Positions 49,093-61,190 of a stretch of 64,000 nt of DNA are shown in pieces; positions within the stretch are counted from its first letter, which is position 1; the number at the start of each line of letters is the position of its first letter. The DNA is from Chlorokybus atmophyticus (lineage: Eukaryota > Plantae > Mesostigma and Chlorokybus algae). Both the position numbers and the translations under genes were made by a program. Below the pieces are notes generated by a model. That model did no database searches. It was not told the origin of the DNA and saw only the letters and a program-made list of their open reading frames with translations. The stretch spans positions 124,001 through 188,000 of the forward strand of contig RHPI01001327.1 in the NCBI GenBank assembly GCA_009103225.1, written 5' to 3'.

Positions 49093-50014
49093 GCAGCCAG
49101 TAGTCACATTAGGTCTAGCTTGCCTGATCAAGTATTTTAAAGGCAATGAGAATGCCGTGGAGTCGATGCACTATTGTTTCACACTGAATGCGCACTTTGT
49201 TGTGTTGGGACTGAGACCAACAGTTAGCGGACTGAGAACATTGCCTTCACAGTGAGCATGTGTAGTCATGTGGGTGGTGTGCTGTGAGTGAAATGTGGGG
49301 GCGGGACAATATGTGCTGGTGTTGAGTGTGCATATCACAGTGAACATGACACACGGCAACCGCATTTCTCATTGACCTTTTGTTTTTATGTGTCAGATCG
49401 AACAGGGCTGGGCTAGGTCATTGCTTGTGGCCGTCATAGTCCTACTCTACTGTCTTTCTCGTCTACCTTGTGTAAATTTTGTAGAGTTGAACACAGTCAC
49501 GCGCATGGGCAGTGCTCACTCAGCAGCATGTTATCTGCATTTGCGGTAGCATTGCGAGGCCATGTACTTGGCGCAAGCACCAGCAGCAATGAAGACAACC
49601 ACAGCATCAGCAATGGCAGCAGCACCATCATCAGCACAAGCAGCAGCACCAACAGCAAACACCACACTGACCAAAAACAACGTATATACCAAGGCTCCAA
49701 CTCTTCCACTCATCAACCCACAAGGAAGAACCCACACTCATTTACTCTAGGTGCGTGTAATGATGAGCCCATGTCAGGACGCTCTTCAACACCCTCCGCA
49801 GTTGAGGAATACCTCTGCCCATGAAACATCACCCTTATTGAGGGTTTGTAACTGCAAGCACATATCGACATGAGCACAAGCATTGGAGCATGGTATCCAA
49901 TGCCAACGTACATGACACAGGTCTATACCTGAAAGCGCTGGTCTGCCCAGTTTCTCAGAGGCAGGAATGGTTGCATTGGTGGTGCAGGCTACGCGTATGC
50001 TGTACAGCCGGTCG

Positions 50015-52313
50015 CTACAATCGTTCCTTGCACGATTGCTCGGCTACAAGTGCTTGCATGTTAACCGTGGACCTATTGAACTTCATGTGACTTTTGACCA
50101 GATCGCCTGTTGTCAATGCCGCCATCAAAGACAGCTCACCCGCCAAGACAGCACCTAGAAGCACGAGTGTAAGGTCTTGCAAGATATAACGTGACTGACC
50201 GGCACAAGAACACGCGCGCGCGGTCACTGTACCTGCCACAACCCGAGCCAACTTCTGTGCATTGGCACCCGGGTTCTCGCGATCTGCCCCTCGCACCCCT
50301 AACAGCTCCAGTGCTGCACCCTGTGATGCCAAGATAGTTCCTCCTCCTACAGTGCCAACCTGTTGCGCATGCCACGCAATGGTGAGGAGAGATGTTTGCA
50401 TGCCAAGTCAAGGCACAACTAGGATCACAAGCTCACCTCAATGGAGGGCATGGTGACAGATGCATGCAAGTCCCTGCCGCCGTTGGTAGGCTCCAGAAGT
50501 GTCATGCAGTTACTGCTCTCCACATTTTGAGCAGGATCCTGGCCAGTTGCCAAGAAGACGGCTGTGACGATGTTGCTTGCATGTGCGTTGAAGCCACCAA
50601 TGCTACCGGCCATTGCGGATCCCATCAAGTTCTTCACTCTGTTCAGTTCAGCGAGGTCCTGAACTGTGGTCTTCAACACCGAGCGAACAACTTCGCCAGA
50701 GATGACAGCTTCACAAATGACAGACTTGCCACGGCCTTCAATCCAGTTGATGGCTGTTGGCTTCTTGTCCGCACAAAAATTGCCGGAAATAGCAGCCACC
50801 TCCATATCCGGAAACACCCGGCCCAAGTACTGAAGCACGCTGTTGACCCCTTTTGACACCATGTTCATTCCCATGGCATCACCAGTGAAAGCTTCCAGCC
50901 GTAGGTAAACAGTCCGTCCTGCTACCGTTGCTTTAACACCAGTCAATCTGGCAAACCTGCCAGACAGAACTGTGTTTGAGAATGTCATGCATGCATCCAT
51001 CTACATGCAAACAATGCAAGTACAGCTGGTACCTGCTGGTGGAGTCAAACTCAGCTGCAATGGCTGCTCTATTGTCCAAACTCTCAACATACGCTTTCAA
51101 GGCACAAGCCCTGGCCGCTGAATTAAAGCGCACTGCCGGCGCCCTGGTCATGCCATCCCTTGTCAAGAGAGACCTTGCGCCGCCACTGGCATTTATTGCT
51201 TTGCAACCTCTGTTTGTGCTGGCGACAAGGCATCCTTCTGTTGTCGCCATTGGGACCATGAATTCTTCACCATCCAACCTGAGAGGCCCAGCAACACCAA
51301 CTGGCACCTGCACATGGCCAATCACCTGCAAAGAGGGAGCAATGGACGTCAACAAGTGAAGCATAACCATAAAGCAAAGCATAAAGTGCATCGTGCATGC
51401 AGACCAGCATGCACATCGCACGCGAACTGCTGCAGCCTTACTTACCATTTCACAGCAAGCACCCAAAGCGGTGCGGTAGTCAAAGCCACTTATTGGCATT
51501 CCTTCTAGACTCCTGCCTGTGCTGAGCTCGACTGCTCGACGACGAACGCGCACAGCTCGTGTGCAATCATCAAGCTCCTTCTCCAGCAAGTGTGAGGGCA
51601 CATGCCCATCATATACAGCAAATGCAAGCGCCTCGTCGGACTGCTCACGCAAAGGCCGTCCGTCAAGCTGAAGTGGCTTACGAGCGGGTGGCAAGGGCAC
51701 TGTGTGCTTCTGCAAGTGCGGCTCCTGAAAGCATGACACACTCTAGTCAAGCTCCAATTATGTAAACGTGTATGTATGCGCGCATGTGTGCATGTGTGTG
51801 TGCGTGCGCGCATGTATGTGTGTGTGCGCACGCGCAAAATTCAAAGGCAGACAAACGGTTGGCTCGTACAAACACCGTCAGCTGTTCAACCGGCTGTACT
51901 GGTTGAGCGATTAGCATGCACGCAACTGAACTGACCTCATGGTGGCTCTGCTCGTCGACGTCCTCGCCATCGGCATGCTTAGAGATGATGTTCTGTACGT
52001 ATGCTATGCCGAAAAATCCTATCAGATAAATGAATGACCCAAGCTCAGCTATAATGGCTAGCAACTCCATCCAGGTGAGAATGTGCAGCGGTGCAGAGGT
52101 GCGGATCTTCTCTCGCCAGCGCTTCAGCAGATAGTAGGAAGCCACGACGAACAGCACAATGAATGTTTTATTTGTAAACCAAAGCGGGAGAGGCAGCACA
52201 TCCCCAGCCATGATCCTCTCTCGCTTCGGACCCCCCGCCGTCCCAGCAGGTGCAGGAGCTGCGGGCGACAGCGGCGGCGGCGACACGCCCTTGCCTGGCC
52301 TGCACACCGCCAT
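50015..52313 (-). CDS. HMGR: HMG-CoA reductase, class I, plant type with two TM helices
   Basis: [11 protein letters not shown]...[18 protein letters not shown]...[79 protein letters not shown]. An alternative ATG lies at 52331. Confidence 0.96.
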
Positions 52314-54565
52314 TGGTGCCAACACTCCCATGCACAAAATGCTTCCTCCTCACGACCACCCGTGCATAGGCCTTCTTGCGCCCTCTCCTGCGCACCCTTT
52401 GTTGCACGCCGACGACGACACTGCTGCCACCACCGCCGCCCACCACAGCAACAACCCTAACTATACCACTGCTGCTGGGCTGTCAAGCCAGTTAAGATCT
52501 ACGCCAGCCCATTGCGCGTAGCTTAAACACCTTGATATCGTTGTAGATTAACAGAGATATCTCTATGCTTGAGCTCGTAGCTACCGCTAGGACCCGGATA
52601 TCGGCGTCTTACGCGGTTTAACAGCCCAGCCCGTGGCCGCATTCACAGCTGCGGTTGCAATGGGCAGCTCATGAGTTTCCTGCCGTTGTGGCGCGAAGCA
52701 ATCCGGTGCCAATTTGCGTTTTGCGCGCGCGCCAGCCGGAGGAACGGCTTTCCAGTGGAAAAATTCCACTGCCACTTCGCGACGGTTGGAAGCTTGCTGC
52801 CTGGCCGGTTGCTCAGCGTCACCGGTCCAGGTGTAAAGAGCTCTAGCATGCCGGTCATTACGCCCTCGAGGCCGAAAGGAGGCTGGAAGAAGTAGGTGCG
52901 TGGCCGGTTGAACGGCAACACAAGATGCATCATCGGTTCATGGGCCCTGAATCATGATTCATGGGTTGGGCAATCGTGGGGGATGATGTTGAGCCGGTGA
53001 AAGGGGTCCAAACAAGCCAGCCTGTTGCTCGGGTGGTCAATGACCACTGCTCATGCCAGGTTTTGGCGTCGTCAGCGGCCATGAAGCCTTCCTAGGGTAC
53101 AGGTCCCCAATTAGGCGCATTTTTCGCTGATGTTGCATTATGCAATACTCACCAACATTGATCTGGTACCAGGATAAGTGTATTACCGGTACACGGTCCA
53201 AAAGTTGAGCATGTACTTAATGCGTGTATGTATGCGTATGTGTATCCATGTACGCCCGTATGCTACAACCATCAGCTAGATGTGAGTCATATGAGTAAAA
53301 TACACCATGAACTCGTGCGGCACTTGTGAGCAAACGCTGCTGCCCATGCTTGCATGAGTACGTCAAATAAGACTGTTAATTGCGTCATGTAACAATACGC
53401 TTGAAAGAAAAACACTCTCTCGGCATTTTATTAACATATATATACATATATATATTTTATGTAAGCTTTGCAGGCGCTAGTAAGCTCTTGCATCGCAAAA
53501 CTTGCAGAAAAGCACATCACGTCACGATCACCACCTCAGTGTGATGTTAACCACTCTGTGCAAGTCCATGCACTAATGCAATAGCCCCGTAGCCCCGACT
53601 ACAACAAGTAGCACAGAAGGAAGCATGTGGCATGTCCTTATGAGCTTCCACAGCCAAGAGGTTCACACAAAAACCTCCGCTTCCTCCGCGCAAGGCGGGT
53701 CACCCAGAATTGCAATACCATCATCACCACAGTGTGGAACACCTGTTAGAAGGGGCTTGCTGCTAGAGGCTTATCTTATGCGTGAGCATGCAGTATGCCC
53801 TGGAGGATGCAACCACACATGCACACAGGTGCAAGACTATTGTGCACATATGCCTTGCACATCCTCAACATGTAAGAGGCATACACACATACACTAGCAG
53901 TGTGTAAAGCTACATCATGCACATGCACTTGCATGCATGCAAAGCAACACACAAGGCAGAACCAGCTAGGCAGGGGTTGTCCACCACAACAGGTAGAGGG
54001 AGGCGCCTCTTCTTCAGTGCAGGCGTCAACCACAGGATAAACACCCCAAGCCTTAAGTAGAACACCCAGAAACGCCCCCACACAGGAGGGTAAGGAAGGC
54101 CCCTTAAACAGCTAAGCCAAGCACCCATACGCACAACAAGTAAGCCACAAGCTGGGTTCAAACTAAACCCCCAACACCGTATGGGGTGACCATGTTGGCC
54201 TAGCCTGTTATACTTCTCCCGGTTGCCTTCCCACTTGGCCACAGGTGAGCTGCAAAGCCATCAACGCCTTTTCGCCCACACTGTGCTGCCACATTAGATG
54301 CTCTTGGCCATACAGGTCTCTAAGAGGTACTAGCATATGCCACTGGCATATGCCAACATGGTGTGACACATGTCACTTCAACCATGCTTATCAACTTACT
54401 AATGTATCACACACAATACACCGGGATGACACACGTCTCATCAACCCCACATGTCTCATCAGCAACCAGCTGATGGCATGTATACTGACCAACTCTGTGC
54501 AAGCTGCTTATCAGTGCCTTGTACAGTTCATCTTGCCCAAGGCTCATGAGCACAAGGACTGAATG

Positions 54566-55091
54566 TGTAACAGCACCACCGTCGCCGGTGATGCCCCTTC
54601 AATCCTCTACCCCAACACCCACACCGCCTATGATAAGCCTTTCAACGGCGTGGCCGCCACTGAGCAGAGAACTGAAAGTCCCCACATCAGATTGATGTGA
54701 CCTTTTATATCAAGAGTATATCAACTATATAACTCTTGATAATTAACTCACAACTAGACATCGACCCTACAGATAGGGTAGAAAGGAAATCTAGCGTGAG
54801 CCAATCATAGCTCAGACAAGGTACCTATCGATAAGGTACCTATCCAAAGATACCTATCGTAAGGTACCTAACGAGATAGTGATCACATTATATCAAATGT
54901 GACACTAAATAGGCTTGAATAAGCGGTTCTACACCCATTGGGACTTATTTAAGCTATGATAAAGCATCATAGCCTTTAATAAGCGAGGAACCGTAGAAAA
55001 GAGGTATAAATAAGCATATTTAAATACTTATTCATACAAAATGTGTTATTCAGGTAGCAATAATACCCCTATTATTATTGCTCCCGGTACA
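54566..55091 (-). repeat. 3' LTR (526 bp) of the gag-pol unit
   Basis: On -, TGTACCGGGA...GCTGTTACA follows the PPT. It is the reverse complement of 60219-60744 with about 6 substitutions counted by eye, and contains a 4x AGGTACCTATC-like array. Confidence 0.95.
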
Positions 55092-55238
55092 TTCCCCCCC
55101 ACTTAGGTTTTCAACGTCCTCGTTGAACTCAAGTTGATCAGGCTTGATTTCGAGTAATTGCAACAAGTGAGATAGCAGGAAATGACAGAGTGGTAATGAA
55201 ACTGCACTGCCAGTCTGTCATAAAACCAAGCCCACAGT

Positions 55239-55421
55239 TTATGGGACAGGACATGAATCCCAATAAGCTCGAAGCAACTCGCGGCAGTGCGCAAGATGCC
55301 TGTCGGGCTCCCAACTGTTATGTTCCGGGCCATACCCTTTCCATTTCACCAAATAGCGAGTTGCGCGTCCTCGACCATTTAGCTTATGGTTCAATATAGC
55401 TTCCACCTCGTATTCGAGCTC
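55239..55421 (-). pseudogene. Chromodomain, out of frame with pol
   Basis: [13 protein letters not shown]...[33 protein letters not shown], separated from pol ...PVEV by 14 nt (GACAGC GACAGC GC). Confidence 0.9.
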
Positions 55422-58400
55422 GCGCTGTCGCTGTCCACCTCAACTGGCGGTGGTGGAGGCTGTGTTCTACCGTCTGAGCGGTAAGGTTTCAACAAGCTTA
55501 CATGAAACACGTTGTGTATACGCACACTTGGGGGCAATTGCAGTCGATAAGCGTGCGTACCAACTCTATCAGTGATAGAGAAAGGACCTAACCATCGGGG
55601 CAGCAACTTGCGAGCACCCGTACCTTTGATGGTTAAGTTTTTTGCATTAAGCAAAACTTTATCGCCGACATCGAAAGTGGCCTTTTTTCGATGTGTATCA
55701 GCATAAGCTTTTTGCCTGTCCTGTGCTTCTGACAGACACAGCTTGGCTCGAGCCAAATTTTCTTGCATATTAGTGGCAAATTCCTTTGCCGCTGGCACAG
55801 TCAGGGCAATGCGAGGTACACGCAATGACGCTGGTGTGTTTGGGCGAATCCCATAATTCAAGAAAAATGGGGTTTCCTTTACACTTTCTTGCCACGCGTT
55901 GTTCACAGCGAACTCTGCCATTGGCAAGTACCTGTCCCAATCAGCATGATTAGGAGCCACATAGTGGCGAAGCATTTCTTCCAGTATTTGATTTGCTCGC
56001 TCAGTTTGACCGTCCGTTTGCGGGTGGAAAGCAGTCGACATGCTTTGTTTTACCCCCAACAATTCACAGACTTCTCGCCAAAACTTGGAGACAAAACGAG
56101 GATCACGATCTGTGACAAGTTCACGCGGTATACCGTGAACGCGAAAGACCGTGGACACAAATAAGTGTGCCAAGTCCCGTGCACTTACAGTTGTGCAACA
56201 CGGGGCAAAATGCACCATTTTAGTCAAACGGTCGACAAAAACCACAATAGCAGTGTATTTAGCTGCTGTTTCAGGTAGGTCAGTAATCAAATCCATACTG
56301 ACACTATCCCACTTTTGTTCTGGAATTGCCAATGGTTTAAGCAATCCCGCTTGTTTTTGTCGTAGTGGCTTATTACGTTGACACACGTCACATGTGCGAA
56401 CATATTGATCCACGTCAGCTGACATTGACGGCCACCAGTATAACTGTTGCGCAGATTTGAGTGTTTTGTGTTTCCCCAAATGCCCAGCATACGGCGGGTC
56501 ATGCACTGAATGTAAGCATTGCTTACGCAAGTCGCCCGAGTTGGGAATTGCCAACTGCTCCCCTTTATACCACAGATTGCTAACAGCAGTAAGCTGTTGC
56601 AAGTTGGTTTGACTGCTAAACCAATCATCTGAGTTATAACCTGTGGACACTTCTTTTATGAAAGGAACTTTAGGCTGTTGTACATTACGCGTACTACGAG
56701 AGCGCGTAAGTGCCAAAAGAGCAGGGCTGCGACTTAGTGGATCCGCCACATTGGTGCGACCCGGACGGTATTGCCAAGTGAAAGTGAAACGAGAAATGAA
56801 TTTATTCCACCTAGCTTGCCGCCTCGACAGATTTTGTTGCGTATGAAAGAATGTGAGCGGGTTGTGATCAGTAATCACTAAAAACTCCACCCCTTCCAAG
56901 TAGCAACGCCATGTGCGCAGCGCGTGCACCACCCCGAGCAATTCTTGCTCAGTGGTTGTGTAATTACGTTCAGCAGGAATGAACTTTCTGCTTTCATATG
57001 CACATGGTCTGTCATCTTGTAGAAGGACTGCCCCACACCCAATGGTGGAAGCATCACTGATCACCACAAAAGGCTTGGTGTGGTCGGGGAAGGCTAACAC
57101 AGGGGCTTGTGTTAATGCATCTTTAATGCGAGTAAAAGCAACCTCGTGTGTCCCCGTCCACACAAATTTAACATCTTTTCTTAGTAAAGATGTTAAAGAA
57201 ATTGCCATGCCAGAATATGCTCGCATGAACTTGCGGAAATAATTGGCTAGCCCCAAGAAAGCACGTAACTGATGTACATCCTTGGGTGGCGGCCAATCCT
57301 TTACCGCACACACCTTTTGAGGATCTGGTTTCAATCCTTCTTTGTTAATCACATGCCCTAAAAAGGGTAGTTCATCCTTTGCAAAGTTGCATTTGGACAG
57401 GTTGGCATAGAATTTGTGTTCGAGTAACTTAGCTAGAACCAATTCCACATGCCTGTGGTGGTCCTCCCGGGTTTTGCTGAACACAATAATGTCGTCTAGA
57501 TATACCAGTACAAACTTGTACAATTCATCAGCAAATACCGCGTTTATTGCTGTCTGAAATGTAGCCGGTGCATTTGTTAACCCAAATGGTAACACTTTAT
57601 ACTCAAAGTGTCCTAATGGGGTGCGAAATGCAGTTTTTTGTATATCCGACGGGTGGATTCTGATTTGATGATAACTACTGGTCAAATTCAGCGTGCTGAA
57701 CACTGTTGCACCTGACAGCTTATCAAACAAATCATCAATTTGAGGCAAAGGGTATCTGTTTTTCACAGTGACCTTGTTCAACGCACGGTAATCAATACAC
57801 ATGCGTAGCTTGCCATTCTTTTTGGGCACGAACAAAATTGGTGCACCAAAAGGAGATATGCTCTTTGTTATTAAACCTTTGTTCAATAACTCTTTGAGCT
57901 GTTTTTCCATCTCCGCGTGTTCTAAAGGACTTAGCCTGTATATAGGCCGCCAAGGTGGCTTTGCCCCCTCCTCTAACGGAATGGTATGATGTATGTTTCG
58001 ATCGGGAGGCAACTCTGGGAGTTCATCCTGAAATACATCTGCGTATTGTTCCGTAAGTGACTGCACCACAGGGTCACTGATAGCCTGTTCAGCAGGTGTT
58101 TCCACCTGTCGTAAGTGCAGTAAGTATACTTCCTCACGTTTACGCATGCAACGTTTCAATTGCATAGCAGAGAGGAGCGGAACATTATCGCGTGGTATAC
58201 GTGCGAGTACAGATGCTGTTAAAGTCATCCTACGTTTCCCTTTACGAAGGGTGCACGTATTGGCTCGAGAGTCTAATTGTAAACCTGCTTCAGTGTGCCA
58301 TTGTTCCCCTAAAACAACATCCACCCCGGGGATACCAATATCCACCACGATGAAGGCTGGTCGGGTTATATGGCCATTAATAACAAAACGCCCTTTTACC

Positions 58401-58975
58401 TCTCCCATTGCATTGAGAGTGGAACCAGCAGCACGTACATATGACGTGACTGGTGTGAAAGGAATGTTATTACGTTTCACCCAAGCATGTTCAACAAAGT
58501 TATGGTTTGCACCAGTATCAATCAATGCTGTACATGGTGTACCCATAAGTTGACTCTCAAATCTCCATTTGAGTGGCACTGAGTGACCATCAAATGTAGC
58601 TAATATCGGAGTGCCGTGATTGGTAGCAGACTTGATAAAGATCACTTGCAATGGTGAAGCTCCTGTATCTTTGCGTGAGAGTTGCATGATTACTTCTCCC
58701 CCTTTCAACAATCGCGACCACGGGCCATGATATCGAGGGATAACTACACATGCAGTGACAGCATGTTGTAATTGCAACTCGTGTAAGTGCTTAACAGCAG
58801 TTACTAATTCAGAGAATGGAACATTGATTAAAACACAACCGTTTGCATTTCTCAACACAGGTGGTGTGCTCATATCAGTCCATACATCTGATACATCGCA
58901 AAGAGAGGAAACTTTATCAAGAAGTACAGAGTTTTTAAAGTTGTTCTGCTCGACTGAGCTACCAACCACGGACAA
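55391..58975 (-). CDS. pol: Ty3/gypsy Pol (PR-RT-RH-IN) with an extra ~140-aa N-terminal segment
   Basis: PR LIDTGA; [13 protein letters not shown] and YLDD; RH SDAS...EL..V...TDH; IN HHCC (H...GH...CDVC), [17 protein letters not shown]; GPY/F-like region. The first RT Asp reads Asn. Confidence 0.95.
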   Translation of the reverse strand: MSVVGSSVEQNNFKNSVLLDKVSSLCDVSDVWTDMSTPPVLRNANGCVLINVPFSELVTAVKHLHELQLQHAVTACVVIPRYHGPWSRLLKGGEVIMQLSRKDTGASPLQVIFIKSATNHGTPILATFDGHSVPLKWRFESQLMGTPCTALIDTGANHNFVEHAWVKRNNIPFTPVTSYVRAAGSTLNAMGEVKGRFVINGHITRPAFIVVDIGIPGVDVVLGEQWHTEAGLQLDSRANTCTLRKGKRRMTLTASVLARIPRDNVPLLSAMQLKRCMRKREEVYLLHLRQVETPAEQAISDPVVQSLTEQYADVFQDELPELPPDRNIHHTIPLEEGAKPPWRPIYRLSPLEHAEMEKQLKELLNKGLITKSISPFGAPILFVPKKNGKLRMCIDYRALNKVTVKNRYPLPQIDDLFDKLSGATVFSTLNLTSSYHQIRIHPSDIQKTAFRTPLGHFEYKVLPFGLTNAPATFQTAINAVFADELYKFVLVYLDDIIVFSKTREDHHRHVELVLAKLLEHKFYANLSKCNFAKDELPFLGHVINKEGLKPDPQKVCAVKDWPPPKDVHQLRAFLGLANYFRKFMRAYSGMAISLTSLLRKDVKFVWTGTHEVAFTRIKDALTQAPVLAFPDHTKPFVVISDASTIGCGAVLLQDDRPCAYESRKFIPAERNYTTTEQELLGVVHALRTWRCYLEGVEFLVITDHNPLTFFHTQQNLSRRQARWNKFISRFTFTWQYRPGRTNVADPLSRSPALLALTRSRSTRNVQQPKVPFIKEVSTGYNSDDWFSSQTNLQQLTAVSNLWYKGEQLAIPNSGDLRKQCLHSVHDPPYAGHLGKHKTLKSAQQLYWWPSMSADVDQYVRTCDVCQRNKPLRQKQAGLLKPLAIPEQKWDSVSMDLITDLPETAAKYTAIVVFVDRLTKMVHFAPCCTTVSARDLAHLFVSTVFRVHGIPRELVTDRDPRFVSKFWREVCELLGVKQSMSTAFHPQTDGQTERANQILEEMLRHYVAPNHADWDRYLPMAEFAVNNAWQESVKETPFFLNYGIRPNTPASLRVPRIALTVPAAKEFATNMQENLARAKLCLSEAQDRQKAYADTHRKKATFDVGDKVLLNAKNLTIKGTGARKLLPRWLGPFSITDRVGTHAYRLQLPPSVRIHNVFHVSLLKPYRSDGRTQPPPPPVEVDSDSASSNTRWKLY

Positions 58976-58978
58976 TTC

Positions 58979-60154
58979 CTATTTCTTTTCTCTCTGCTGC
59001 TTGGCCTTCTGTGCATTCTGTTTTGCATAGCACGTAGCCTCCCCATGACCTGTCTTCTTGCAGAAACTGCAAGTGATGATGGATTTGGCCGCATTGTAGG
59101 GGCCAGCAGGGTGAGATGGTTTCGCCTTTTTCACAAAAGGTTTGTTGCCAGTGGCCGGGCGCTTTGCAGCTGAAACCGGGGCTGCCTCTTTTGCCGTGGT
59201 TTGCATGTTGGCGTGAGAGCGTTTTACACTGTCCACAGCAGCAACCATCTGCATCAGCATTGGTAAATCCGTCGAGGCCCACTCTTGCAAACTCGCGGGG
59301 TTGACGGCCACATGCTGCACGAGATCTGTGTCCAAGCCACGTCTGAACATATCCAGCTGATCAGCATCACTGATAGGTAGTTTGCCAGCATTGATCTTGC
59401 TGACAAACGACTGAAAATCCTGGATATACTGCTGAACCGGACGCCGATTCTGACGCAGGTTGTGCAACTGGTTGCGAGCAACCTGGGCGAGATCTGCGCC
59501 ACCATAGTGCTGCTCCATGAAAAAGCATAACTGATTTACTTCCCGCCCGAGGTTTGTATCCCGTTGCTTACGGCGGTACCACTCTGCCAGAGCATCTTTT
59601 GGGATCAGCAACTCAGCTACACGCAATCTCCCCTCCTCAGAAATGTGAAGGGAGTTGACATAGTGTCGCAACTTTACAAGCCAGTCGAAGATGGCCGCTT
59701 GCTTGTTGGGAACAAACTCGGCAGGACGAGCAAGTGCTTGAACATGTGGACCACCGTCAGCACGCTGCAGACGCTCGATCATATTCAGAACACGTTTGCC
59801 TTCACCCATCTGCCCCTCCCAATCTCGCCCCATAAAGGTGGTGAGCTTTGAAACTTTTTCTGCCAATAGGAAGAGAAAGTTCACGAATGAGACAATTGCC
59901 TCACGAGGGTCCTGATCATAGGTGCTAAGGAAATGCTCCATCAAGTCCTGCTGTGTCATGCGAATAGAAAACTCAGGGAATATAGAAGGTGATCTATCAT
60001 CCACTGAAGCTTCCGCAGCTTTAGCAGCTTGAGACTCATCAGGTGCATCATCCGGATTCGGAATATCTTCCATGGATGGAAATTCCTCCTCACGGGAAAG
60101 TTGCTCTTTTTCTGAGCTCTCCCCTTTTGAGGTGGGCACCGAGTTTTCTTCCAT
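58979..60154 (-). CDS. gag: Gag with CCHC zinc knuckle, 391 aa
   Basis: ATG 60154 (MEENSVPT...), retrotransposon gag-like LRQNRRPVQQYIQDF, CSFCKKTGHGEATC. Ends at TAG in frame with pol. Confidence 0.9.
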   Translation of the reverse strand: MEENSVPTSKGESSEKEQLSREEEFPSMEDIPNPDDAPDESQAAKAAEASVDDRSPSIFPEFSIRMTQQDLMEHFLSTYDQDPREAIVSFVNFLFLLAEKVSKLTTFMGRDWEGQMGEGKRVLNMIERLQRADGGPHVQALARPAEFVPNKQAAIFDWLVKLRHYVNSLHISEEGRLRVAELLIPKDALAEWYRRKQRDTNLGREVNQLCFFMEQHYGGADLAQVARNQLHNLRQNRRPVQQYIQDFQSFVSKINAGKLPISDADQLDMFRRGLDTDLVQHVAVNPASLQEWASTDLPMLMQMVAAVDSVKRSHANMQTTAKEAAPVSAAKRPATGNKPFVKKAKPSHPAGPYNAAKSIITCSFCKKTGHGEATCYAKQNAQKAKQQREKK

Positions 60155-60218
60155 TTGCCTCACACGTGGAGAGGCCGCCTCTTTGATAGGTGGCTTCAAC
60201 GTGGAGGTAGCGAAGGAA

Positions 60219-60757
60219 TGTAACGGGAGCAATGATAATAGGGGTATTATTGCTACCTGAATAACACATTTTGTATGAATAAGTATTTAAATATGCTTAT
60301 TTATACTTCTTTTCTACGGTTCCTCGCTTATTAAAGGCTATGATGCTTTATCATAGCTTAAATAAGTCCCAATGGGTGTAGAACCGCTTATTCAAGCCTA
60401 TTTAGTGTCACATTTGATATAATGTGATCACTATCTCGTTAGGTACCTTACGATAGGTATCTTTGGATAGGTACCTTATCGATAGGTACCTTGTCTGAGC
60501 TATGATTGGCTCACGCTAAATTTCCTTTCTACCCTATCTGTAGGGTCGATGTCTAGTTGTGAGTTAATTATCGAGAGTTATATAGTTGATATACTCTTGA
60601 TATAAAAGGTCACATCAATCTGATGTGGGGACTTTCAGTTCTCTGCTCAGTGGCGGCCACGCCGTTGAAAGGCTTGTCATAGGCGGTGTGGGTGTTGGGG
60701 TAGAGGATTGAAGGGGCATCACCGGCGACGGTGGTGCTGTTACATTGGTATCGGAGC
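60219..60757 (+). repeat. Long LTR (526 bp, + orientation) followed by tRNA-iMet PBS
   Basis: TGTAACGGGA...GCTGTTACA-T-TGGTATCGGAGC, with TATAAAAG at 60601. Confidence 0.95.
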
Positions 60758-61112
60758 TTGAGACCCGGGTTCGATTCCTGCCTCGCATACGAATTCCGCG
60801 GTCGTTGTTTCTCGATCCAATAATCGTAAATGGTCACTTTATGAGTGCCATCATCGATTGGTCACGACTTGCCTAATGGCAGTCGCGCCGAGCTGACCAG
60901 TTCAGTCGGCGCGGCAGAGCGCGACCTGCCTATCGCGGCGACGCGACCTGTGGGGCCGGCAGCGGCGCGCTATGCGCGCGCTGACCGGTATGGGCCTATA
61001 TTGGCCGGTCCTTGGCTGTGGGGCCGGTGACCGACCCTAACAAACCCCTTGGGTAATTCCCCAGCTGACCGCGCAGCTGCCGAGGACGTCAGCGTTCTTA
61101 AGTGGGGGGGAA

Positions 61113-61190
61113 TGTAACGGGAAGGTACATTAATTACCACAAATCGACCATAAAAGCACCAAGTCTTTTGTGGTCGAGTGGGCTGTGACA
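61113..61190 (+). repeat. 78-bp mini-LTR with internal hairpin
   Basis: Follows the PPT and is near-identical to 2373-2451. Stem CGACCATAAAAG/CTTTTGTGGTCG. Confidence 0.9.

Larger units (their letters stand above)
54566..61190 (-). mobile_element. Composite Ty3/gypsy (chromovirus) insertion with inverted long LTRs and a terminal mini-LTR
   Basis: 5-bp TSD GAATG at 54561-54565 and 61191-61195. Order: LTR(-) 54566-55091, PPT(-) 55092-55105, pol, gag, LTR(+) 60219-60744, PBS(+) 60746-60757, PPT(+) 61099-61112, mini-LTR(+) 61113-61190. Confidence 0.9.

Noticed and set aside
49497-49913. Hydrophobic minus-strand ORF downstream of HMGR as a small membrane-protein gene
   Set aside because: The hydrophobicity comes from antisense CAG/CAA repeats in converging 3' regions, with no clear start or splice model.
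54566-60744. DIRS or DNA-transposon call based on inverted terminal repeats
   Set aside because: It encodes a DDE integrase and protease, not a tyrosine recombinase or transposase, and the repeats are TG...CA LTRs with PPT and PBS.
60745-60800. Complete tRNA gene
   Set aside because: Only a T-arm-like part is present; there is no D-arm, anticodon arm or acceptor pairing.
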